NCBI GenBank assembly: GCA_977862235.1
Contig: OZ374564.1
Coordinates: forward strand, 2,480,001 to 2,544,000
Direction of reading: 5' to 3'
Length of the DNA: 64,000 nt
Source of the DNA: Dudresnaya verticillata
Taxonomy: Eukaryota
The notes below the pieces were generated by a model that was given only the letters and a program-made list of their open reading frames with translations, searched no databases and had not been told where the DNA came from. This document shows, one piece after another, positions 1-11,943 of the stretch. Every line of letters begins with the position of its first letter. Positions within the stretch are counted from its first letter, which is position 1. Both the position numbers and the translations under genes were made by a program.

Positions 1-197
1 ACACTTACTCGCCCGTTTTCGGCTTGATAGCTGCCCGTGGGAGTATACCGTTCCGGACGGACAGATGAACGAGCCGTAGCTTTCGGATGTGCCGATGAGG
101 GCGGGGGACAGTTTCCCCCAGGCTTTCACTGTACAGTCCGTACTTCTCTTGTTTTCCGTCTTGACCTTGACGCTTCTTGGGGAATCGTCCCGTGGTT

Positions 198-284
198 GAA
201 GCGGTTGAAACCAGAAAATTCGAAAAGATTGTAGCAACAATGGAAGGGAACCGACCTAAAAACGATTCTAGGTCGGGAGACCAC
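198..284 (-). mobile_element. Putative PBS (198-213) and LTR stub (230-284) of Gypsy element D
   Basis: Minus strand reads LTR end ...TGCTACA, a short spacer, then TGGTTTCAACCG. In copy 2 a gag-like minus-strand ORF follows (46352-47400). Confidence 0.5.
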
Positions 285-1003
285 TGTAGCAGTATGGCAC
301 CGGCCAGGAACAGCAAAGAACAAGAAAGGAAGCTGTCCGATATCACACGCTAATGGGTGGTAGCTCGAAGGAGGTTTGGTAGAGGCTTGAATGGAGGCGA
401 GCCCTGATGGCCCGAAAGGGGCGTGTGGAAGCACGGTAAAGACTCGGCGCGACCAACTGAGGGAAAATATAGAGGTGGCGACCCGGTACTTCGTAGAGTA
501 CTTGTCCTACGATTTCCGGGCCTGTACTGGACGACCCCTGCAGGCGCGGAGCGTCCGAACGACCAAAACGTGAACACTTTCCGAACAACTCCGCTGAGCG
601 TTTATTCTGAAGGCGCCGGCTATTCCGGCGCCCATAAGTAGGGCTTGACCGCCGAAAAGTCTATCAGCCCAGAAGGGGGTCTAAGTTAGTCTATGATTAT
701 AGTTACGTACCTTATTACAGTCAGTACGATGTAAATAAGGGAATGCGTTCCAGTTAGGGAACTTGGTGGCGGGTGTGCCGGTGTTCAATCCAGATGTGGA
801 AGAATGAGCCGCAGCAGAGTGCTGGCACACTGTCAGTCATGTGTGCGCATTAAGGTGTAAGACGCCCACTCGCATCAAACTGTAAGGCGCGCACAAGCGC
901 CGTGCGCTGTAAGGACGATGCGCCCCGCTGGCGTCCCTGTTCGTACCAAAATTGATGGCAAAGTGCCATTGGTCAGTTTATTGTGACCGCTCACGCGGCC
1001 CGA
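285..1003 (-). mobile_element. LTR of family X, interrupted by element A at 1004
   Basis: Begins TGTAGCAGTATGG. Positions 285-453 match 17096-17265 (inverted), with homology stopping exactly at this TG. It resembles the start of the E LTR at 42645 (TGTAGTAGAATGG, AGCTGTCC, GGTAGAGRCTTGA, AGCCCTG). Confidence 0.65.
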
Positions 1004-1690
1004 TGTGGTGTAGTGAAAGGAACACCTGTAAGGAGAGCTGATCAGGCAATCCCAATAAGGAGTGATCTCACACGGCACCGGGGTGGTAGAGCTTAGTTCG
1101 TAGACCGAAGGGAGTACCTCGAGCGGCAACACCTGTAAGGAGTAAAGGGACGCAACAGACAAGGGGACGGTACAGTGGCAGGACAGCTACACCGGGACGG
1201 AGGCAAGAGGAATCCGTGCACGGGGCTGGCGAGGGGAAACCGTAAAGGAGTATGAGGGTAAGACTTAGAGTAAGTCATTTTGCCCAGGGTTGCGTACCCG
1301 TTTACTGTAGGACTCGCGGGGGCCACCCAATAATATACTGGGAGATACGCCCCGCGGTCTGGTCCGTGTGGGCCAGACCCCAATGGGTCTAGTCCACCAG
1401 GTGGGTCCGGCCCTACTGGTCCCGGCCACCGTTGCGGACATGCTCGGCATTCTCATTGGCCGGCTAACACTACGTACTGTACAGCATCATTACAATTACC
1501 TAATTACAAATAAACCAACTACTTGGCTCCTATTGGTGGTGCGCGCAGACACCAGCAGGGCAGACAGTGCGCTACTATGTCGCTGCACTCCCGCTTCGGC
1601 TTTTGGGGCGCGCCTAGCAGAGCGCGGGTTGTCGACGGTCGCACGTCGGCTCGCCCGCCGTCCGCACTCCGAAACGGCCACTTCACCACA
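1004..1690 (-). repeat. 3' LTR of element A
   Basis: 7-bp terminal inverted repeat TGTGGTG/CACCACA; about 95% identical to 11944-12621; PPT adjacent. Confidence 0.95.
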
Positions 1691-1692
1691 GA

Positions 1693-1703
1693 CCCCCCTC
1701 CTT
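1693..1703 (-). promoter_or_regulatory. Polypurine tract of A
   Basis: Minus strand AAGGAGGGGGG lies 2 nt before the 3' LTR. Confidence 0.85.
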
Positions 1704-1846
1704 AAATGGCGACACATCCTCGTGCGCCACAGCACGTCTTCTAAAAATCCACTCAGGTGTATCCAACAACGGAGCGAACATCATCAGTGCACTCCACCTT
1801 AGGCAAGTCGACCAACGTGCAAGGCCAACCCGGTGTGCCGCTTGCG

Positions 1847-4449
1847 ATGGCGGGCGGTAACAATGACCGCGCACGGGGCCCCTTCCAACCGACACGGCGT
1901 ACACCTTCTGTGGGATCGGCTCCTGCACCAGAGGCAGAAGAGATATGAGGCGGCGGGCCCGCGGATACCATATCGGGGTTTGTGGCAGCAACGAGCGCAA
2001 CACCGACGTTGCCAGCACGTGCGGGTAGCCCTCGGGTGCCGCGAAGGCGCGGTGATGGCGAGGCTCCACAGACGCCCACTCCGCTTCCGGATCTGCAAAT
2101 GGAGCCGGAGGCACAACGGCCTGGCCTTTCGAAAAGCAACACCTCGATGGAGTCCCTTGGCTATCGTCGAACAACTCCGCATGGGCGATACGAGGCGTAT
2201 GCACAGGGTCTCCAGGTTGGGCAGGTTGGAGGCGGAGTAACCTAACCTCCACTCCACATGGGTATACGCGGCGTACCGTAGGGTTCACTGCCATACGCGC
2301 CGGGGACACCGGGGAGTTACCATGGGCATGTGGACTCGGCGGGTTACACCGATGAGGGAACTTGGCCGGGCCGGGAATATAATCATCGCACCGGTCGGCG
2401 TCAGCGTACCGAAGAGGAGTGCGATGTGGTTTGTCTCCCCATGCCCGTATCGGTGTTCTTTTCCAACTATGGTGGCACCCTCGAGGGACGTCGCTACAGC
2501 TCCGTCACAGAATCCGGTGGGTTGATCAATAAAAAGTGGTTCCCGAATCGGCGTGAGGAGATGTGGAGAGCCAGGTGAATTCACTCGAATTGTAGAGTGC
2601 GAACTCCAACCAGTCGTGACATCATGTGGTTGAGGTGTCAGGAAGAAGAGGGCTATCCCAACAAGGTGTGTCGGTTACTGGCGATGGCCCACTGACTGCG
2701 AGACCATCCGGTTAGTGTCAACTTCCTGTGATACGAGAAGCCGTACGACCAAGGCGTCCATTGGTTTGGGAATCTGCAACGGTGGGCTGACGATGCAGCG
2801 AAAGAGCATCGGCTCCGGCTGCGAAGTAGGGATAGGCGCCGCCTCGGCAGGACGATACTACACACCTGTAACACGAACGAGTTTTCCAGGTGCCGCCGGG
2901 TGCGCATCTTCGATTGTACTGCACGGCTCCGGATTGGTGGGCCGAGTACGAAGTCACGCGTTGGCTGTCAGTGCCAACTACGACGGTGGTGGCGTAATTC
3001 TCCAATCGGTTTATCCAGCATCGCGATTGGCAAGCTGCACACCCAGGCGGAGAGAAGTCAGTTGACCATCCGCTGATGACCGTGTTGGGTCGGATACTCC
3101 GAGCGGAATGGGCAATGTTCGTCCTTTTCTCCTGGTTACAAGTCACCTGCCAGGGCGTGAGAGCCAATACCAAGATGAAAGACTGGAGGGTATACCCGCG
3201 GAACAGAACGGATCCGGAAGGTGGGGAGTGCGGGCGCATATTCAAGCTACCAGGAACGGTGGTTGCCCTTATACACCGCGTTGGAGTAGTCCGGTTGATT
3301 GAGGGGACCGAATACCCCTTGGCGCGTGTTGAGCGTCTCTTCACGTTCCACGCAAGCACCAACTGGGAGCGAACGCCAGGGTTCCTCGGCTACTACTGGG
3401 ATGAAGACCGCGTGTGGTCGGTGCCATCACTCAACCCCGGATGCGGTATGGCCTATTTCCTATCGGAAGAAGACCCCGAACCGGAGTGGTTGATCGACGA
3501 ACAAATGTCGAGCTGGCACGCGATGCGCTCTCGCTCGACATTCTACCCCATGACGGAGGCGCCATCAAGGGTTCCTCCGTCACGCGAGTGGGGCACTCCA
3601 TCCAGTGTACATCCTCAACAGGGGCGCCTTGACATTCCGTCCACTGACGAGCTTACACCAGTAGGGGTTAACGAGATCAAGACGGTGCACGAGGACCCTA
3701 AGGTCCTCGTGCCAAGAGAATCCCCTGGTGTAGAAGCCGTCAAGGCGTGGGGCGACCGCACGACCTCGTCGCCCAAGAAGACCGTAACGGAGTCTCCTCT
3801 TGAAGGAGCTGAGATCGAGAAGCAGGGAGGCTCGTCGGGGGTGGCCGCAACGTCCACACCAATCGGGGCCTTGAAACCCGTAGTCTCACCGGGAATCAGC
3901 AAGAAAACCAACTTGAAAAAACCGGCGGATGCCGTGGCGGTAGTTGGTCCGAAGCCCACGGTAGTAGCTGCAGCAGCGGCTAAGTTGAGTCCCGTCGGGG
4001 AACAAGAAGACTCCGAAGTGGGAGAGGACACTAGACCGGTGGGAACCGACCAGGTGGAGTCATTTGCGACCACACGCCCTGGAATCGCAGTGGAGACTAC
4101 TGTACCGAAGCGGAGCGAAGTTGCCAAGGCTGTGTCGCCCGCGGTGAGTGACTCCGTGATGTTCGTAGCCGCTGCGGGTCCAGATGGAGGACCACCACGT
4201 CATATCGACCCCCTGACAGTGAAGCAGGAGAAGGATACTCCGAAGGAGATGTCGAGTTGGACCGAAGCTGAGTTGCGTGTCGATAGTGCAGCCCTGCAAC
4301 GACTCCGCAACGGGTGTAGGGATGCGGGTGTGCCTCTTCCAACGTCGGCGAACGAGGCCATCAACGCCGCAGTGCTGTGGGTAGGGCGTCTGGTGCGCCT
4401 ACGACAGAACCATTCGCGCTTTGCGTCGTCGCATAACAGACACCGGTAG
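1847..4449 (+). pseudogene. Antisense accessory ORF of element A (disrupted; largest open piece 3076-4449)
   Basis: Motifs APDWWAEYEVTRWLSVPTTTVVA*, ILRAEWAMFV and VERLFTFHASTNWER align with the ORFs at 14895-17126 and 44861-46351. Contains in-frame stops (e.g. TAA 2995-2997). Confidence 0.75.
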
Positions 4450-4760
4450 GAGACTCACAGTGATCACCGCAAGGGTGTATAGTGAGGATATTCCCGACTC
4501 GGAGGATAGTGCAGCAAAAGAGGAGGATACGGAGGCTGACTTGACGCCACCAGCAAAGCGCCCGCGGAATGCAGTGTAATTGCGTAGTGATGCCACTTGT
4601 CAATAAAACCTCGTGATTTGTGTGAGTCCCCTTCCACTGGCGGAAGGGAAGTGGAATAACACCAATGTGGGGTAACTCCCCACCATACAAGGTTTTGCGT
4701 CCGACTGGCAATCACCTAATACCAGAAGTGGTTGCGCGCTTGCTAGCGATTCAACGATAT

Positions 4761-4912
4761 GGAGTAGAGCCCCTTGGGCAAGGGTTCTGTGATAACAGAT
4801 TCCGCAGGTCATGCCCTTTTTTGCCGACGCCAAGTCACCAAGAAGGAGTAAAGCCCCTTGGAAAAGGGCTGCGCGACAACGGAGTCCACATATCATGCCC
4901 GATTTTGCTGAA
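4761..4912 (+). repeat. Two diverged repeats at ~84-bp spacing between pol and the antisense ORF
   Basis: GGAGTARAGCCCCTTGG..AAGGG...TCATGCCC..TTTTGCYGA at 4761 and 4845. Confidence 0.7.
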
Positions 4913-4960
4913 ACCACTACTGCTTGTGCGAGTAGCAAATGGCTATCGATGTGTGGAAGC

Positions 4961-6520
4961 TCAGCGACGTCGGGCCGCAGCGGCTGCCGTGCGCTTTCTA
5001 TTCCAATAGCGGTGTATGAAGTTTTGCGGCAACTCCTCAGCAGGTTCATACGTGTCCTGGTCTGATGGGTAGCCGTACCAACGCACCTTGTAGGTCATGC
5101 CGGTGTCTTCTTCGCGGTGTCCCACGATCTGCTCGATGACATACTCCGTGTCGGCATCAATTGTCTCTGGAACGGGGGCAGGAATACCGCCTGGCGTTTG
5201 GGGCGTTACAGTAATACCACCTGGTGTTTGGGGTACTACTGTGGTGCCTCCCGCCTGCTGAGGTACTGCACCGTTCACGTCGGTGTGTGGCGTAGCCGGC
5301 GGAGCCAATAGCGGCACCGGCTGTACGGGAACTCCAATTGGTACCTTAGTGATACGATCGATGCTAATGGGAATCAGCACGCCGTCCTTCTTGATAGTGA
5401 CTACAGTGTCCGTTACGGTGTGCCTCGTAGGAGCCCGTCGATCTTGGGAGGAGTTTCTTCATTTGCTCCACAAATTCACCGACGTGGTCAGGGCCTTGAC
5501 CCAATCGGTCACGTTCCTTCCGTTCGGTGGGTCGTAGATTACGCGGCGGGCGATCTACGTAGACTTGATCGCCACCGCGAACCACCGGTCGTCGGCACCT
5601 TACGGTCGAAAAGGGCCTTAGACTTCAACTGGGCTGTAGTCTGCTTGATCTGCGCCTTCTGTAGGGCATAGCGCAAACTCCGTATGGTTCCCCGCTTTTG
5701 GAGCACGGGCGTCATACACCCCTCTGTAACGGTTTCTTCCAACTCCACAGGGGTGCCACGAACAATAATATCCGATGGGTTTCGAGTTAGCACAAGTCAA
5801 ACGGAGTTGTATCCGTAACCCGGTGTACCTGCATATTGTAAGAGTGGGTCAACGGCTGTAGGTATAGATCCCAATCGGTGTGGTGATCCTCGACGTAGTG
5901 TCGAGGGCGCTGCGCAATGGTTTTGTTAAATTGCTCGGCTTGCCCGTTGGGTTGCGGGTGGTAGGCAGCGGTCAGCAAATGCCGCACTCCGAGTAGGGCA
6001 TAGACAGCGTCGAAGAACTTCGCCGTAAACTGTCTTCCATTGTCGGTGAGTACAAATTTAGGTGCGCCATACGCATACACCTAATGGTCCAAAAATGCAT
6101 TCGCCACCAGGACGGCTGTAATCGTCCGCAACGGGATGCACCGTGTTAGTTTAGAAAACCGATCGGTGATGACCAGTACAAAGACGTATCCCCGTTTCGT
6201 TTTCGGCAGCGGGCCCAGTATATCCGTACCGACAATCTCCACTGGGCCACTCGCGGGAAATAGCTTCATGAACTTCTGATGCTTAAACCGCGTGCCCTTA
6301 GTTTTGACACATGAGCGGCAACTCCGAACGGTCTCGAATAAATCGTTAACCATATGTGGCCAGTAGTAGTCTCTCCGTAAGGTTTAGTACATATTAATTC
6401 CACCAGGGTGTCCAGACATGAGGGTATAGTGGACAAGATACAGGACCCTGTCACGCATCTGTTGCGGTACCACCTTTTGGAGTGCACCGTCGAGGGCAGA
6501 CTTGCGAACAAGAACCCCAT
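4961..6520 (-). pseudogene. Integrase plus C-terminal chromodomain of A (fragmented)
   Basis: GHPG, CRSC, DILGPLP, TDRFSKL, TDNGRQF and YHPQPNGQAE motifs; chromodomain EYVIEQIVGHR...YKVRWYGYPSDQDTYEP. Confidence 0.95.
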
Positions 6521-6805
6521 GTCGGTCGTAGTCGAATTGCGATCCAGGGGATCCCACCGATTCCGCTTTAAGCTTGCAGAAGGTATCCGTTGCTTGCGCG
6601 GCTATGAACTTCTCACGGGTAAGGGTCTCATTTCGCATATCCTCTTGTTGTATGACCGTTTCCCGGAGTGGAGTGGGTGGTACTGTATCCTTTTCAGGCG
6701 TAGAATCCGTTTCGTTGTTTCCACTTTCAACGCCTAGGACAAGGCTGCTCGAGGCATCAGGCTGCTGGGACTGTTTCCAATTGGTTAGTTGCACGCCATG
6801 TTGCA

Positions 6806-8200
6806 CTACCCCATTAGGAGTCGATTCCATAACGAAGCAAGGCACTTCCTCATCCAACTAAGCTTTGTCAGCACCACTGTTCGGAGTGTTAACATACTGT
6901 CTGCGCGTTGGTGCTTGATACCAGGGCGGTATTGTACTTCGAACTCAAATTCCGATAGGCGTAGGCGCCATCTTGCTAAGCGTTCAGACGCATCGGCTAA
7001 ACTCAATATCCAGCGTAATGCGTCGTGATCCGTACGGAGCACAAAACTTTCGCCGTAAAGGTAAGGGCGTAGCGTTAGCATATTCCAAACGACAGCAAGG
7101 CACTCCTTTTCAGTGGTTGTGTAATTCTTCTCCGTATCGGTTAGACTTCGGCTCCAGTAACCCACTGGTAGATTATTTCCACTAGGTTACTCCTCGAGAA
7201 GGATACACTTAACTTGGTAGTCACAAGCGTCGGTATCCAGCGTATAATTGAAACCATGACGGGTTAAAGCCAATATGGGAGGGGAGACTAGGTGTCTCTT
7301 TAACTCCTCAAAGGCGTTAAACTCCGTTTCGGTGAGAGTTCCAAACTCGAATACCAGACCCTTACCGGTTTTCTTATTGAGTGGCGAAGCAATACGTGCA
7401 AAATTGGGAACGAAGCGTCGATGTACGTTAAATAATCCTAGAAAAGAGCGCAACTCCGTTTGGTTTGTAGGTGGCTTAGCCTCCTTGACGGCGAGAATAT
7501 TCTTTCGCTCCACTTCCAGCTGGCCCGGGCGCACTGTGTGGCCCAGATAATGTATGGAAGTGTCGAAGAAGGCACACTTTGATAATTTCAGAGTTACACC
7601 TGCGGAACAGAGTAGCGTGAGGACCTCCTTAAGGTGTTCGAAGTGCTTCGTAACGGTGTTTGAATATACAATCACATCATGCAGGTAGACTAAGGCAAAT
7701 TGCCATTTCACCGTAGATAGGATGATGTCAACCGCCCGTTGGAAAGTAGCGGGTGCATTCTTTAGCCCGAAAGGCATTCTCCGGAAGCAGTATAATCCAT
7801 AATGACTGGTGAAGGTAGTTTTGTCACGCTCCTCCTCGCGGATTTCTACTTGCCAGTAGCCGCTATTACAATCCAGAGTGGTGAATACTGTAGCTTCTCC
7901 AAGGGAGTCGATACATTCATCCACCCGGGGTAAAGGGTATGAATCCCGAACGGTGACAGCGTTAAGACGCCTGTAATCGACACAAAACCGCATGGAGCCG
8001 TCCTTTTCAGGAACGAAGACCACAGGGCTGGCCTACTACGAAGCGGATGGCTCGATCACCTTAGCGGACAACATACGATCCACTTCTGCCTTCTCCAGCT
8101 CGCGCTGTTTATGTCCTGCCCGATATGGTGCTTGATACACCGGTTTGGCACCAGGCATTAATTCAATACGGTGTTTCGCGGCAGTTATATTTCCTAACTT
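6806..8200 (-). pseudogene. Reverse transcriptase / RNase H of A (inactivated)
   Basis: RFCVDYRRLN, LDCNSGYWQV and MPFGLKNAPATFQR motifs. The catalytic YLDD reads YLHD. RNase H motifs TDAC, EKECLAVVW and TDHDAL. Confidence 0.95.
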
Positions 8201-9050
8201 GCTGCTCTCATTAGGAGGAGTAGGAAAGGAATTAATATGTCCTCCCCCCTTAAATGGAGGTACACCGTTAACGGTGAGTATGGCAGAGGGAGCAGCAGTA
8301 GCGATGCCCACGACGGTAGACTTGGGTAACCGCACCGGTTTGGGGGAGAAATTAGTCAGCCACACCGTGAAGGGTTTGTTAGGGATTATATCCATAACCC
8401 CGTTAGCCATAAGGGTGAGGTGCTTATAGATGGGTTTGGGATGTTTTTGAAGAAAACACAAACCACCGGTAGGAGTGGTGACCAATGCAAGGGATTGGGG
8501 CATAGGGGGGATAATAAGGGATTTTGCTAGGCGGATCTTTCGCGATACGAAGCGGATGACACAGGGGGGCCCTGAAGGGTAGAAGCAGCCACTGTTTTGG
8601 ATTGTCGGGTTTGTCCCAGTCGGGTTTGTCCCATCAACGAAACCAGGGAGTGGTGATGAAAAACAACTTTCCGTGCCGGTGGGAGGATCGCCTTGAAATG
8701 GAGATTAATAAAACTGGTTCCCAGAATACACGGAGCAGCGAGGATCGCGACCACCAGGAAGTGGACTCGAGTACGCAATTCTCCGATACGGACAAAAAGT
8801 TGAATGACACCAAGCGGGCATATCGACCTATTGGACGCATCCCGTAAAGGTGGACTGGCAGCTGGGCGAATCAAAGATAACCAGTGGCGTGGAAGCCGTC
8901 TGGCGTTGATGAGATTTGGCCCAGCACCAGAATCTAATACGGTGAATGAGAGGTAACATGAGGTCATTACCCCTTCCCACGGTAATCTGGATTTTATAAT
9001 TATGTCGTTGTAGAACACAAACAGAATCACCGGGTGGTGGAAATTCAAGG
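8200..9050 (-). pseudogene. Aspartic protease and linker of A
   Basis: VLDSGAGPNLI and CILGTSFI motifs. Confidence 0.9.
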
Positions 9051-11770
9051 GGGATTTCTGGAACAAAATCAGGGGGTACTCCGCAATAGCGGCGGACTGA
9101 CAGTCCGGCAAAGCCCGTATTGATGGGCATACCACGTCGCATTGAGGAGACGGGGACGCCCTTACACGTCTCCTGCGACGTTTTCCGCGTCGGGTGTGCC
9201 ATGAGAGCCTCCTCCAATATATCAGCTGGGGGCTCGCCAACCGCACCACCATCCACAGTCAGCACCCGCGCTGGGCGTCGCTGGTAGTTACCCGGCGGCC
9301 GATTTCCCGTATTGGAGTTTGCGAATGCCTGCCGCTCGAGGAGGATCGCCTGATTGTTGCGCTCGCGCTCTTCCATCCAGGGACCCCTTTCGGTGTCGCT
9401 CAGATACGGACAAATGACATGGTCCGGTGAGAGGTACAAGCGACAGTACCCGCTCCCATAGAGGCGTCTGACATCCGGCGAGGTGTGATCCGTGGGCCCT
9501 GTGGCAGGGGATTGTTTTCCAAGACGCTGTTCGACCTGACCTTAACGAGGACGCGTGTTGCCGTGGGGGTGCCCCATGTGGCCGGGATGCTGTCTGGAGC
9601 TTCCTTAACGGTGTATGACGGGACCGTGGAAGTTGTCAGCCGGTCCGTAGCGGGGTTGCCGGGGTTGTGGCATCCGTGCCGCTGGTGGGCGAAGGTTCGG
9701 AGTCCGAGGCGGAGTAGAGCAGACACTACTCGGTGGGGAAGAGTACGCTGTAGTAAACTTAACCCTCGACGAGGTACTGGTGCTTCGACCCGCGCCACCT
9801 TCCAGAGCGAGCACGTGCTCCTCAGATTCAGCGGGACACTCCGAGTAGGTGTACTCCGATGGCGAACCAATCGAAAGAACGACAGAACGTCGTGACGTCT
9901 TCGGTTTTCCGTCGAAGACGTGCACCGCTGAGGTTTGGCGTCTGGTTGCCCGATGGGATTCTCCAAGCCCTTTACCGTAGCGGATTATGGCTTGGTAGGC
10001 CATATGGGGGGGTGTTGCCAGATAAGCAAGCATCTGCTGACACGTTCCCGGTAAAAGTCCTTCCACAAACAGCGACTTGAGGGACCTGCCGGAGAATACT
10101 GTTCCGCATCGGAGTGCCTTAGTCCAGAGTTGGTTGGAGAATTGCTCTTCCGTTAAGGCCGACGTTTGTAGAAACGACGTGCCGTCCGAATACCCTTCGG
10201 CAATCACTTCATCGGTAGCAGAAATCCGTAGCAAAAAGTTCACCACTTCGGTATTGGTGCGAAGCATCTCTACTTGCTCCTCGTCGACCGCCATTGTGGC
10301 ACCAGCGAGACGGGCCTGAAGCAAAGCTTCAGCCTGTCCACTTAAGAAAAACTGGAAACACCACAGTGCGGTTCCTTCCGAAATGGAGTTCATGTTACAC
10401 GCATCCTTGAACTTCGCGAGAAATCCAAGGACGGTGATGGGGCCCGTACCGTTAAAGGAGTGGGACTTCATTTGTACCTCCAGCTTTTTGCGGATGCGTC
10501 CCATATTCTGGGACAAGCTAGAGCTGTAGTATGAACTCCTTTTCTCCAGCCGGTATGTTCTTAAATCTAGCGCCTTCACGAACCTGTCGTTCAGGGGCCG
10601 GATTACCTTTGGGAGTGGCCTGTCGACCTCTCGTTGTTTGGCGTCGTGTTTTCTGGCCCGAAGCCGCTCGTCCCTATCCGTATCGGAGTAGCTCGTATCA
10701 GAGCCGGATTAATGGGAGGAGTCATGCCCTCTTCGGCGCCTATGGCGCTACTTGCGCTTATTCTTCTTCCTATTGCGGTGTTCGCTATCATCAGATTCCG
10801 TACCGGAGTCTTCTTTGTCCCGTTGCGAAGCGCGTTTGCTCCCTTGCGAACGGTCACGTTCCTTATCGGAGTGGGAGTCCTTGGCCTTTCTGTCAGCTCT
10901 GTCTCTACCACTCCGGTCTTGATTTTTCTTGGAGTCACCATCGGAGTGCTCACTGCCTCTACGTGAAGCCACCGGCATGGTGATACGTTCCCCCGCAGGC
11001 ACTTCTGCGGTTCCAGGGATCGTACTACAATTCGGATGGGGTTGGTGTGTTGGATCCAGTTCGGTGTATTGAGTTTCGGTATGTAACCCAGGGGCTGCCG
11101 CTGTCCTTACCGGATCGGACAGAAACACCTGAGTGGGGATTTCTGGCATATATGTCGTTTCTCCCTTGACCGGGAAGTTATTCAGTATCGGTGTAGGTCC
11201 AGAAAAGGGCTGCCCCTTGGGTCCAGGTAGGGGTTGTCCAGCGGTGAGCATCTGCTCGTTCTCAGACGCTTGACGCTCCTGACGGATGAGCGTCTGCACC
11301 AACTCCGGAAGGCGTTTCTCCAGATAGGAGCTAACGATAACCGGCACGGTGTCGGCAACCGTGGTCTCAACCTCCTTGACCATGTTGGCTTGCACCTCTA
11401 TACGGAGATGCTTCAACATCCGTGGGATGACTTTGGAAAGTATCCAATGGACACGATGGGAGTCACCTGGCTTGGAGGCACCCTTGCGGGACGTATCTGA
11501 ACCAGGTCGGGACCTAGAGAGCTTACTGGCTACACCTTTAAGGAGTTCTTCGGGGTTGAACCCCACCTGAACCCCGGTATGGAGAACTTCTCCATACCGG
11601 GGTTCAGGTCAGCAGCATCGCCACGGCGTGTTATCGTGGCTGAGGCTACTTCCGGTTCGGTGGGCCCACTGCGGCGTGTTGTCGCAATAGAGGGCACCTC
11701 CAGGACGGTTTTATCGTCACCGCGGCGTGGTCTCGCGGTTGAAGGGCACCTCACCTTGATCCGATAAGGA
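9050..11770 (-). pseudogene. gag of A (frameshifted)
   Basis: FNGTGPITVLGFLAKFKDACNMNSISEGTA parallels B gag FDGSDPVAIIGFLATLK; degenerate zinc knuckle CRLYLSPDHVICP. Confidence 0.8.
11565..11609. repeat. Perfect 22-bp inverted repeat with 1-nt spacer
   Basis: ACCTGAACCCCGGTATGGAGAA-C-TTCTCCATACCGGGGTTCAGGT; also at 58771-58815. Confidence 0.95.
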
Positions 11771-11924
11771 AGGGTCCATATGTTCTTCTGTTCTTAGGAT
11801 ACCAAAACGGTCTCATCGATTGTTTCACCTTGTCCTGCCTTTACACCAATACGGAGTTGTCACAAAACGGATCTCCTACCGAAGCGGAGTCCAACGGAGA
11901 TTCTTCTACCTTGACGGTCTTCTA

Positions 11925-11937
11925 GTTCGGGAAACCA
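11925..11937 (-). promoter_or_regulatory. Putative primer binding site of A
   Basis: TGGTTTCCCGAAC starts 6 nt after the 5' LTR end; the cognate tRNA was not identified. Confidence 0.6.
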
Positions 11938-11943
11938 GAAAGA

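Noticed and set aside
1081..1105. tRNA gene or SINE suggested by TGGTAGAGC...GTTCG
   Set aside because: The A- and B-box-like motifs are only ~3 nt apart and no cloverleaf forms.
3076..4449. env gene interpretation of the extra ORF
   Set aside because: Antisense orientation, and no signal peptide or C-terminal TM anchor in the homologues.
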